Assembly: GCA_013265495.1 (NCBI GenBank) | Contig: MU058844.1 | Span: 9,072,184 to 9,136,183 of the forward strand | Direction: 5' to 3' | Length of the DNA stretch: 64,000 nt | Origin: Vicugna vicugna | Taxonomy: Eukaryota | Shown here: piece by piece, positions 53,586 to 64,000 of the stretch | Layout: every line of letters starts with the position of its first letter | How positions within the stretch are numbered: position 1 is the first letter of the stretch | Translations under genes and position numbers: made by a program | Notes under the pieces: generated by a model | Told to the model about the DNA's origin: nothing | The model's input: only the letters and a program-made list of their open reading frames with translations | Database searches by the model: none

Positions 53586-56456
53586 TAATACTGTGTTCTC
53601 ATGGTCATTCATTTCTCAATAAATATTTAGTGGTGACCTTATTGAAGGCCCCAGGAAATTGGTCCCATTCTAGGTGGCAGGATGAACAAGGTGGATGAGG
53701 GCACAGGCAGTAAGCACACGCACATACAAGGGAGTGAAAGTGATTGACGGGCAGGTGCAAGGTGGGTGGGGAGGATTCTGAACTTGGGTACTCTGAATGA
53801 ACCGAGCTGGTGCTTCCCTTTTCAAAAGTGTTGCTCTTGTTAGTCTCTCCTCTTAGAATTTGACATTGTTTTGTGACTGTTGTTTAAATTAAAATGAAAT
53901 GCAGCATAATAATTAAGCAACAGTAATATGTAAATGTACAAGCTGAATAAATACAAAATTAGAAATAGATTTTTGTTTGCATTTTTCCAATTCTTGAATT
54001 CCTGCCAGATAGGCAAAAGGGTTATGGCCAAAAACATGTAAAACTAAATGAAGAAATGAAACTAAATGAAACATGTAAAACTAAGTGGCAAGAATAATTC
54101 TCAGATCAGAAAATCTGGTAATTAAGTGTCTCATGCTTGCATTGTAGGATTCTGTGCAAGAAGGACATTGAGCTGAAGTGTTGTATAAAAGATGAAATAT
54201 GGGATGTGCCTTTACCAGAATTAAGGGTTCTATGAATTTTTAGGAATATAATGCTATATTTTAGGCTGAACCAACAATAACAGAAATGGGGACCTAGAAA
54301 TTTTGTTTATCTATGTGATCAATATGATCGTCAGTGATGACAAAAGGACTTTGTTTCCTCATGCTATTGTGCCGTATTATGAAATATCATAATATGCAGG
54401 TTCTGCATAGTCTCATACAAACCTGTTAGCTGTACTTTTAAATGTTGGATTATGAACACACCACATTTCTATTTAAAAATACTAATAAACATAATTTATC
54501 ACTAATGCCATTCTTTTAAAGATCTCTGCTATGTTTTAGCTGAAAGTCCTCATCCATAGGGATGTTCCAGTGTGTTAACTGTATTTTGCCCATTTTTGTA
54601 TGCCCTCCTCACTACATGTCAACTGCTGCCATAACTATACATCCAGAAATTCAGTTTTTTGTAATTATGGCTAATTGTACGTATTATTGATTAAGCCCCA
54701 ATTTTTCCTCTAAATCAAAGATAATTATAATTTGAATTTATTTACATCTGATTAGCCCTAACAGGATAGTTTCTTCTATGCATTGATCCCATGTATAATG
54801 ATCTAATTCCTCATAATAACATGATAATAAAGGGTATGCTTTTCTTTTATTCTTCAATTGAATTTTCAAGCAGTGAAGCCAGACAGGAGAATCGGGTTTA
54901 TGAATTTGCCCTTTTGGGGTTGGCACATCTCCCAGGAAAGGGAAGGTCCAAGTATAGCCCTAGCTATATGGGGCTGGAGTGGCCTAGAGATCTACAGTGG
55001 GCTGGAAAAGGGCCCAGAAGGGGCAAGGTTAAGCTGTTTCATGGGTCATCCATATGTGCATGAAGCTAGCCCATGTCAGTTTAATAGGAGTTGAGTTAAA
55101 GAGTAAGATTATGACCAAAAGGCATCTTCTATATGCAATGACAAAAATAAGAAATAAAAATTTCCTGGTGTATGGGGTCTCCCTAAGTTCAAAACAAATC
55201 TCTCTCTGAATGTAATGACTTGGTTTCTATGCTTTGACTATAGCTTTAATAGATGGGAAATGAAAGTGGAATTGACTCCTCTATCTTTAATAACAGATTT
55301 AACATCTTTTATATCATTAGCCCAGATTTGAGGGAAGCAGAGTAAACACATCTTTGCTGAACTAGGTTAGTTTCAGACTCTAAAAGGCTGATTGATTCAA
55401 AAGAGTATGACAGAAAGTGTTTATCTCTGTCCTATTGGCATAATTTAAGTGTCTATTTTGTGCCAAGGACTCTGCCTTCTTTTAGGGATTTAGACAAAAA
55501 CAAGTACTTTTCTTTCCCTTTATATTGATCTGTCTGATCTTTAAGCCAATCCTGGAGAATTTTTAAGTCTGTCATTTAGATATTCTGCAAATGACCTAAT
55601 TTTATTTTTCTCTTTGGTACAGTTTATCCATCTTAATATTTCTCATGAAGCACTAGTTCCCCAGGAGTTAATGGGAGTTTTACAGAATCCATGCCTCCCA
55701 AAAAAGGATTTCCAGGATGAGAATATTAAGATATGCTATATAATTTTGAACTGGCAACTTTACTGTAGTAAACTTGTGTTGATGTCTTCAGCAATCATCT
55801 AGTCAAGTGTTCTTCTCCAGCAATTTTTATTATGTTCTTTGTCATCAATTTTTTTCCTTATCTATCTCATTCCTATAACATTCAAAGTTCTTCCAACTTA
55901 AAAGACGTCCTCTCTTGCTCCTACTTCTACAATTAGCTATTGCCCTATTTTCTACTCCTCTTTGCAGCAAAACTCTTCAAAAGGGTCGTTTACTCACTGT
56001 CCCCAGTTGCTTTCTTTGCATTCTTTGTAAACCCATCTCAGGAAGGTCTTTGCTCCACCACTCCCCAGGAACCTCTCCTGTTACCATCGTCACTCGCTGT
56101 CGCTAAATACAATGGCCAGTTCTCAGCCCTTCTTGAGTTGATGTCTTAGTTGATCACTCTTTCCTCCTCAATTCACTTTCAGTTTTCACTTGTAATTCAG
56201 GAAACCACCTTCTCTCTCTTTTTTTTTCTCTTATCTCACCAGTGGCTCTGTCTCAGGGTCCTTTCTTGGATCATATTCTTCTTCCTGACTTCCTTTTTAG
56301 GCATTAGATATTTACTTCATGTCCAATGAGATTATTTTATCCTGAGAGTTACATTAAATTTGCTTTAAACCCATATTACCATCCCATGGAAATTCCTCTC
56401 CAAGATTTCTCCAAATTCCAGGAAATTTATATTCTCATTGTCAGAACTTAATCCAG

Positions 56457-56458
56457 TT

Positions 56459-56550
<92 letters not shown>

Positions 56551-56770
56551 TCCTTCCTTCCTTCCTTCCTTCCTTCCTTCCTTCCTTCCTTCCTTCCTTC
56601 CTTTCTTTCTTCTTTCTTTCTTTCTTTCTTTCTTTCTTTTCTTTTCTTTTCTTTTCTTTTATTCTTTTCTCTTTTCTTTCTCTTCCTTCCTTCCTTCCTT
56701 CTTTCCTTCCTTCCTTCCTTCCTTCCTTCCTTTCTCTCTCTCTTTCTCTCTTTCTTTCTTTCTTTCTTTC
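56457..56770. repeat. Compound (TTTC)n/(TTCC)n pyrimidine microsatellite, derived from an L1 poly-A tail
   Basis: Read directly from the sequence. Abuts the 3' end of an antisense L1 at 56771. Confidence 0.97.
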
Positions 56771-56897
56771 ATCTATCTATGTATCTAAAAATATAGTTGA
56801 CTTACAATATCATCTTCAGATGTACACATAGTGATTCAATATTTTTATAGTTTACACTCCATTTAGAGTTCTTATAAAATATTATCTATATTCTCTG
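56771..56897 (-). mobile_element. L1 3'-end fragment, heavily 5'-truncated
   Basis: tatagttgacttacaatat...tcagatgtacacatagtgattcaatatttttatag...ctatattctctgt. Confidence 0.8.
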
Positions 56898-57879
56898 TCT
56901 TCTTCCTGATTTCTTAATGTTGGAGTGACCCAGGACTCAGTCCTTCATTTTTCTCAGTGATTTCAGTCTTATAGCTTTAATACTCTCCATATGCTAATGC
57001 TTTATCTCTATTCAAACCCTACAACCAAGCACATCTATCTAACTGCCTATTGAACATCTCCATTTGTATATCCAAAAGACATTGAACCTTAAAATGTCAG
57101 AAACTTACTCCTCCCAAACTCACTGCATCTTCTGTATCTCAGATGATGGAAACCTCACCTTTCTTGTTGCTCAATCTAAAGAATTTGGAGCTGTCCTCAA
57201 GTCTTCCCTATGTCTCACACCCCACATTAAACTGTAAAGAAATTCTATTTGCTCTACTTTCAAAATGTATCCAGAATCTGACCACTTCTTACCACTTCCA
57301 GTAAGCACTCAGATCTAAACCACTATCATCTCTCACCTAGATTATTGTAGTCACATACTACCAAGTCTCTGCCTTTCTCATGAGCCTTTACTGTCCATTT
57401 TTAACATAGCATGAATCAGAATGATGTTTTAAAACATAAATCTCAACATGTCAATCATATGCTCAAATCTCTGCAAATGTTTCCCATTTACACAAGGCTC
57501 TACATGATTTGGCTTTCCTTATCTTCTGACTTTATCTGCAACTCTGCACTAGCCACACTGGTCTTCTGTTGACATTGTACTTTGTCTTCCGTCTGCCTAG
57601 GACACCCTCCTTCCAAATATCTGCATGGCTATCTCCGTTACTACCATCAAGCCTTTGTTAAAATACCATTAAAATATTTTAATATAGAGTATAGTTCATT
57701 TATTTATAATATCTATAATTTATTTTCTGTCACCTCAGCTAAGAATAAATTTCATGAGGGTTAAAAATCTCTGTTTGATTCCTGATGAGATTTAGGTGCC
57801 TGGAACAGCTCCTGGCACATGGTAAGTGGCTAATAAGTATATGTAAAATAAATAAATAAGTGAATACCACATTATTTTG

Positions 57880-58420
57880 ACTATTATAACTTTAAATCTT
57901 GATTCTTAGAGCTCAATTGTAATATCAGCTTTTGAAGCCCAGTTTAAAACTCTTTATATTTTCATTGGAATTACGTAAGTAATAAATTAATTTGGGGAGA
58001 ATAGCCACCTCTATGATATATTGCCTTACCATCTATAATATGGTTTGAGTCTCCATTTACTTGCGTATTGCTTTATGTTCTTCAATAAAACTGTTTAATT
58101 TTTCACATAGAGGTCTTTCAGATTGTTAGATTTATTTCTAGGCACTTACAGTTTTGTTGCTATTGTGATTTTTATTTCTTTTTCATTTTTCTAATAAATT
58201 AATAGTGGCATATAAAGATGTGATTGACTTTCCAGTACTAGTATGGCATCCAGCAAACTTGCTGACCTGTTAGTAGTTCCAAGAACTGTGCCCTTGGACT
58301 TCTCTAAGTAGTTAAACAAATAAGGAGTCTTATTCTCTCTTCTTTTCTTCCTTCTTAATTTTTATTTTATTTCTTATATATTGGTTCAATACAATGTTGA
58401 ATAGCATGGGTCAGAATGCC
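57880..58420 (-). mobile_element. Ancient L1 ORF2 fragment (L1M/L1ME-like)
   Basis: aaattaatttggggagaatagccac...tctccatttact...gttagatttatttctagg...ttttgttgctattgtga...aatacaatgttgaatag. Confidence 0.7.
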
Positions 58421-59859
58421 TTACCTTTATAGTCTTCAAAGTATCACTTTTGAAAATAAGTAGCTCCTCAAAATCAAGTGCCATCCATGGACCCTTGCAA
58501 TAACCCACTGACATACAGACTAAATGAAACCATTCTATACCAATCACTGGGCTGGTTTTGAAGTTCCACCAGCAGTAGTGTCATTCCCTAACAGAGTGTT
58601 TTCCCTTTTCCTAGTTGTACCCAACTGAGGCTTAGTTTTACACTTAAGTTCCCAAAGGCATCAAGATGATTGAGCCAGGAAGCTCTTTCCAGACTCAGCC
58701 ACACAACAAGCTGGAACCACTGGACTCAGGTCTTAGTCACTACTCTTACTTCTCTTATGATAGGTTCTCCTCATGAGCTCTTGGAGATCTTTCTGATCCA
58801 GTCAATTGTCTTAGTCTGTAGGAGAATTTGGAATAATATTGAACTTCACAATTGAAAGGAAAGCAATTGGAAGTCTCATTTTCCCCCTCTCTCCTGAAGG
58901 TTCATGGTAATTATGCAAATTGCACCCTCATCTCATTTCAAGACACAAAAGAAGAGACAATTTGTAAAGGTCCCATTAAATATTCTTTCTCTGGGGTCAG
59001 GGAGTATATACTTTTCTTATATTTACATATCTAAAAGAATTGCTTAGTAATTCTAGCTAAAAAGATCCTCTTATATGCTCCTTTTTTTTTCCAGTGCTAC
59101 TTCTTTATTTCTATATCTGAACAAAGAAACATTTGAAGAACTTCAATTGAAAATAAAAAACAAAAGCAAACAAAAAAACTCCTTATACACACTTCATCTC
59201 CTATTTTCTAACTATACAGATCATTTAAGAACCTTACAAATGAATATTTTTCCACATTAATTATTAAATATATTTCTTTCATGTTGTAATATGGGAAATA
59301 GCTTTTTACATTTCTGAATGTCACTAACATTGATTATGAGAACATTGACTAGAAATTTCTCATGTTTCATCTAGCTTTAAGACACTATAAAATGAAGTAT
59401 ATTTCTATCAAGACACACATTAGATACAGTGAATGATATGTATTCTAGTTTAAAATGAGAATATTGGCATTTCAGAATAACAGACTCCTTGATGAAAATA
59501 TTATTTGAAAATTCGGTGGATATTTTTAAATGGCTTAGAATTTCTGTGAAAATAAAAAACCTATTTATACTTATTAACAAAACAGTATTGATTAAGTAAA
59601 CTAAAAAACTGACAAGTAAAGTTCTATTGTTAGACATTTTAATTAAATAAAATTATCAGGAATTTACTGTGTTATGATGAATTTGCAAGTCTTGATGTTG
59701 AACAATAAAATTATTAATGGAAAAGTAACTATAAGAAATCATCTGGTCTAGGACTTATGATTTCGATGTGGAAAGTATGAGGAGTTCTCAAAAATGTACA
59801 AGTCAAGTACAGAAATATGTTTAAGTATAGAAATATGGCAGTTTAAATTACTAGACAGC

Positions 59860-60102
59860 CATGGTGACTATAGTTAAAAGTATTGTACTATATTTTTGAA
59901 AATTTCTAAGAGGGTAGATCGCAAATATTCTCAGTACTAAATAAAAATGGTAACTATGTGAGGTGTTGGGTATGTTAATCTTATTGTGGTGTATATATAT
60001 GTATATCTATGTATCACTATATATATATCAAATCATCACATTGTACACTTTAAAATTACACAATGTTATATGTCAATTATATCTCAATAAATCTGGGGAA
60101 AA
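59860..60102 (+). mobile_element. L1 (L1MA9/10-like) 3' end
   Basis: catggtgactatagtta...ggtaactatgtgaggtg...tgtcaattatatctcaataaatctgggg. Confidence 0.85.
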
Positions 60103-61269
60103 TTATCAGCTGCCGAGTATTATAGCTCTTGGAAAAAGGAAAGATTGAGATCAACCAAGTATTCATTCTGTATGGGTAGCACCCATCTAACTGTAAAAAC
60201 TTAAAATTAACATAGTTCCTAAACCCTCTGGAATAGCATGTAAAGAAATGTCTATCCAAGGGGGAAATCAATTATTAAGTTATCTTAATATAGCACTTTA
60301 AATGCCCTCTATTCTGTACACTCAAGAGGCATTACTTTATGACTTTAAAGAAATGTGAAAAGTTATTCATTATTATGTTTAATAAACTGCTATTCTCTGG
60401 TAGAAGAGCAATATGTGACCACAAATATATGTTCCAAACAAGTAATAACCATTAAGGGACCATAAAATGCAGACTGAAAATGACCACATTAGTAATTTGT
60501 ATTGTTGTTTTTTCAAACCTGTCATAGTATCCTCTAATATGTGCTAAAACAAGAAGTAGAGTGGAGATATCAATAGCGAGATCATTTTGCCAAAAAGTAT
60601 AAAATACAAGGAGAGATTTATTTCCATTTTTAACCTGGGATACTATAGAAAAACATGTTTAAATTCTTGGCTGCTTCTCATGAGAAAAGTCACCATGACT
60701 GTGACATGGTGAGACTTCTGGGGTTTTATTTATTCCACTTGGTCTTCATGTAGGCTGTGTATTTTTGACCATATTATTTATGTTAATGTACATTAAATGT
60801 GCATAGGTAAAGCAAACATGCTTTTCTAATAGATTACCACTGCTCTGCTCATAGAATCATCCCCTGGTTCACATCTCACCCAGAGTAAAAGTCAAAGTTC
60901 TACAGTGATCTCAAGAACCCATATCATCTGCCCATCTATATCCATCCCATTCTCTTGCTGTAGCTTATTCCATTCTAGCTGCACGAGGTCCTCTTGAAAA
61001 TCCTAAACCAATTTGTGCCTCCCAACCTTTGATCATTCCAACTGGAACAACACTTTACTAACAGAAAGGAGAAGAGAGGCAGCAAGATCAGCATCTGTAG
61101 CATGTGCAAGTTGCCCATGGCCAGGGGATTGGTCCCTCCTGATAGTCGAGGTAGGACAATGGACTGCACGCATCCCTCTCAGGCTGCAACCCGCTCCTTT
61201 CCCATAGTGGGGCAGATATACTGGTGGGGCTGGCCAGGTGATGTATAGCACATGCAATACAAGGAAGGT

Positions 61270-61745
61270 CACTGCATGCCTAGAACAGAGGAAAGATTTC
61301 TCCTATAAGGAAAAAGAGTCTGGAGCCAAGGTATAGCTTGACATGAAGCTTTCATGGAAGGGAGTATTCCAGACTCAGGGCACTGACTGAACAATCCCGG
61401 AGAAGATAGACAGATTGCATGAAGACTACTTCCCCAATAGGTAGCAAAGAGGAGAGAATGAAATGGGTCATATTTAGATCTATTGCAAAGGTAAAGCAAA
61501 CACATTTTCCTGATAGACTCAGTGAGAGACGGGGGATAAAGAAAGGATTTGATGATAACTCCAAACTTTTCAGCCTGGGGAAGCATGTGGAAAGGTGGTG
61601 TTTTTACCATTTGAATTGAGGAAGGGGCACAGGAATTTGTTTCTGAATTTTGAGTTTGGTTGGAATGTTTTGATATTTAAGTAGGAAAAATGAGTAGCAG
61701 TTGAATATGCAAGAATATACAGGTTAAGCTTTAAGCCTGGAATAG
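61270..61745 (-). mobile_element. L2 LINE fragment
   Basis: gatagactcagtgagagacggggg...gatgataactccaaacttttcagcctgggg...agcagttgaatat. Confidence 0.6.
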
Positions 61746-61929
61746 AAAGAAAATTTTAAGAATACATATTTTAGTGGATGAGACCGACAACAAATGTAAT
61801 ATATGTTACATGGAAGGAATAAAAGACCTCTCTGATAAAGTGACATTTGAAAAGATCCTTAAAGAGACATTCTTGGTCACCTTTGATGATCCTCCCCTCT
61901 TACTCCATCGTGGTCCCCTCAAGTGTTAT

Positions 61930-62620
61930 AATTTTTAATATAAAATATCCATGCACTGACTACTCCTGACTGAAGACTCATGCAACAGCCTATGAGACAT
62001 CTTTACTTTGACATCTTGACAAGTTATCTCAAACTTTGTTTCCAAAACCCAGTACTTGATTTTACCCCATCCTAATCCCAAATCTGTTTCTCCTAAAGAT
62101 TCCCCCATTTCAATAAATAGCAACACTGTTCTTCTAATTGATGGCCAAAAACCTTAAAGTCATTCTTGAGTCCATGCTTTTGGTCACATGTCACATCTAA
62201 TCCATTGAAAGAATATGGCCAGTTCTCACAACATTCACTGCCAATACTCTAGTCCTAGCCAGCATTATCATCCACCTGGATTATTACAAAAACCTCTGTA
62301 ATTCATCTCTTTAATTTCATTCTTGATCCCTACAGTCTGTTTTTCACAAGAAAGCAGAGGGATCCTTTGAAAATGTGAGATCATGCCACTCCTCTGCTCA
62401 GCACCTTCATAAGGTCCCCATCTCACCCAGAGTAAAAGCCAAAGTCCTACAGTGATCTCAAGAACCCACCTCATCTCAAGAATCTATGTCATCCTCCCGT
62501 CCACACCCACTCTCATCTTGCTGTAGCCTAGTCAATTCTATCTACATGGTCCTTTTGAAAATTCTGTATCTATTTGTGTCTCCCAACCTTTGATTTTTTC
62601 TGTTCCCTCTGTCAGATAAG
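61930..62620 (+). mobile_element. L2a-like LINE fragment
   Basis: tcccccatttcaataaatagcaac...caaaaaccttaaagtcattcttga...cacctggattattac...tcatgccactcctctgctca...cagagtaaaagccaaagtcct. Confidence 0.8.
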
Positions 62621-62879
62621 CACATAATTTATGCTCTCATTCTGGGTCGTGGCGCAGACCATAATTAATTCCCTTCTATAAGCTTGACCCAAATACTGCA
62701 TGTAACAATTTTTATTGTCTATCTAAAATTCAGATTTAACTCAGGATTCTGTATTTCATCTGGCCACTCCATCTGTAGGGAAATGGGAAGGAGAATGGAT
62801 GCTGAGCAGGCAAGCATAAATTGTTCACTACAGGTGGTTAAGAAGGGTTTACATAAATCACCAGGATCGTGAGATTAAC

Positions 62880-63442
62880 AGTTTGCCAGCAAATGTTTAC
62901 ATGTTACTTCCCTGTTCAAAAACCTTTGATGACTCTCTGTCATTCTATTTAATACACAAAGTTCATTCTATTTCCTATGAAAACCTAAGGACGTCTTAAT
63001 GTATGCTGGCCTTCCCTTTCAAGTCTCATATCCTCCCATTTCTCCACAGCACGTGTCTTCTGCTGTGTGCACAGGATGACTCATAATGCCCCTGCAGAGA
63101 ATGCCTCCCTGCCTTTGCTCATGTAGCTTCCCCTTCCTGGAATAATTGCCCTCTCTCTTACTTCACTTGAAATATAATTATCTATTTTTAAAGGACCAAC
63201 TCAAAGAGTATCACAAAAAATATCTTCTTTCTGCTCCCATAATGCAAATATATAAGCAAAAAATAACTCTGTGGTGATATTTCATTGCAGTGCGTAATTG
63301 TTCCTTATTTCTGTGCCACTTCTCTACTTGATGGAAATTTTCTTAATGTCAGCATTATATCATCATATTAAAAATTCTAAAACCTAATACCTTCCATTTG
63401 GCACATAGTAGGTGCTCACAAAGTATTTGTTGATTAAATAAA
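62880..63442 (+). mobile_element. L2 LINE 3' end
   Basis: cttccctgttcaaaaccttt...gcctttgctcatg..cccttcctggaat...ggcacatagtaggtgctcacaaagtatttgttga. Confidence 0.75.
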
Positions 63443-63529
63443 ATTATATGTTTAAAAAATTTTACCATCTGAGCCTTTATTACATTTGAAAACTAACAAT
63501 TTAAGTGTATCCAGCTACAATTTAAAAGA

Positions 63530-64000
63530 AAAAAAATGAAAGTCTTTTGTCTTAGGAAAATAATTTCTTGGTACAATACTAAAAGCACATAAAGGAAAAA
63601 ATGATACATTGGACTTCATTAAAATTAAAAACACTTACATTTGAAACAGCACCATCAAGAAAGTAAAAAGATAACTGACAAACTGGGAAGAATTATTCTT
63701 AAGTGTATAGCTGACAAAGTACTTGTATCATATATATATGGAATTCTCATAACTCAGTAATAAAAGACAAACAACTCAGTTAGTAAATGGGAAAATACTT
63801 CGGACATTTTGCAAGAGGAGATACACAAATAGCTAACAGGAACATGAAAAGATGCTCAACGTTGTTAGTCTCTAGGAACTGCAAATCAAAACCACAAGGA
63901 GATACTATTTCATACCTATAAGAATAACTATAATGAGTAAAGATAGTAACAAGTATTGGTGAGGATATGGGAAATTGGAACTGTCATGATGACTGGTGGG
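63530..64000 (+). mobile_element. Ancient L1 ORF2 3' region (L1M/L1ME-like), runs off the window end
   Basis: ttggacttcattaaaattaaaa...catgaaaagatgctcaac...gcaaatcaaaaccaca...acaagtattggtgaggatatgggaaattggaac; frame-disrupted. Confidence 0.85.

Larger units (their letters stand above)
55790..57865 (+). mobile_element. L2a-like LINE, long 3' portion, interrupted at 56295-56897
   Basis: cctctttgcagcaaaactctt...aatggccagttctcag...aatgttggagtgacccaggactcagtcctt...atccagaatctgaccacttct...cctggcacatggtaag...taataagtat. Confidence 0.85.

Noticed and set aside
54030..54090. Short imperfect duplications (also near 24530-24580, 31093-31140 and 50268-50295)
   Set aside because: These are 12-20 bp slippage duplications typical of AT-rich introns, with no further structure.
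54800..55170. GC-richer patch with overlapping ORFs (also 46000-46500 and 58420-59000)
   Set aside because: These look like very old LTR or retroviral relics, but I could not assign a family or support coding potential. A Dfam scan is needed.
56438..56788. 116-aa Phe/Leu/Ser-rich ORF
   Set aside because: It is a translation of the (TTTC)n/(TTCC)n microsatellite.
50894..64000. Next PPFIA2 exon (expected to begin RLSNGS...)
   Set aside because: I found no matching coding sequence with splice signals, so it probably lies beyond the window end.

Overview
This is AT-rich, repeat-dense mammalian genomic DNA, not prokaryotic. The whole window lies inside PPFIA2 (liprin-alpha-2) on the + strand. 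Four coding exons (2039-2140, 15310-15474, 21459-21533, 50777-50893) have canonical AG/GT ends and splice into 153 uninterrupted aa of the N-terminal coiled-coil region ([15 protein letters not shown]...EPGQKVHEK). The rest is intron filled with L2, MIR, L1 3' ends, MaLR/ERVL/ERV1 LTRs, hAT MITEs and microsatellites. Two tRNA-Ala-derived SINEs point to a camelid host (inference). Almost all entries in the ORF track are spurious. I found no CRISPR array, operon or novel protein system. The most interesting observations are: (1) the 75-nt exon starts with GTAAGG, so splicing rebuilds a donor (AAG|GTAAGG) closer to consensus than its own, a recursive-splicing candidate; (2) an L1 3' end and an oppositely oriented 5S rRNA fragment appear to share one target-site duplication, suggesting two-template twin priming; (3) a TSD-bounded L1 3' transduction of about 160 bp; (4) a candidate poison exon and regulatory patch in the 29-kb intron; (5) a local duplication of about 200 bp. 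Repeat subfamily names come from recalled consensus sequences, and repeat boundaries are approximate.
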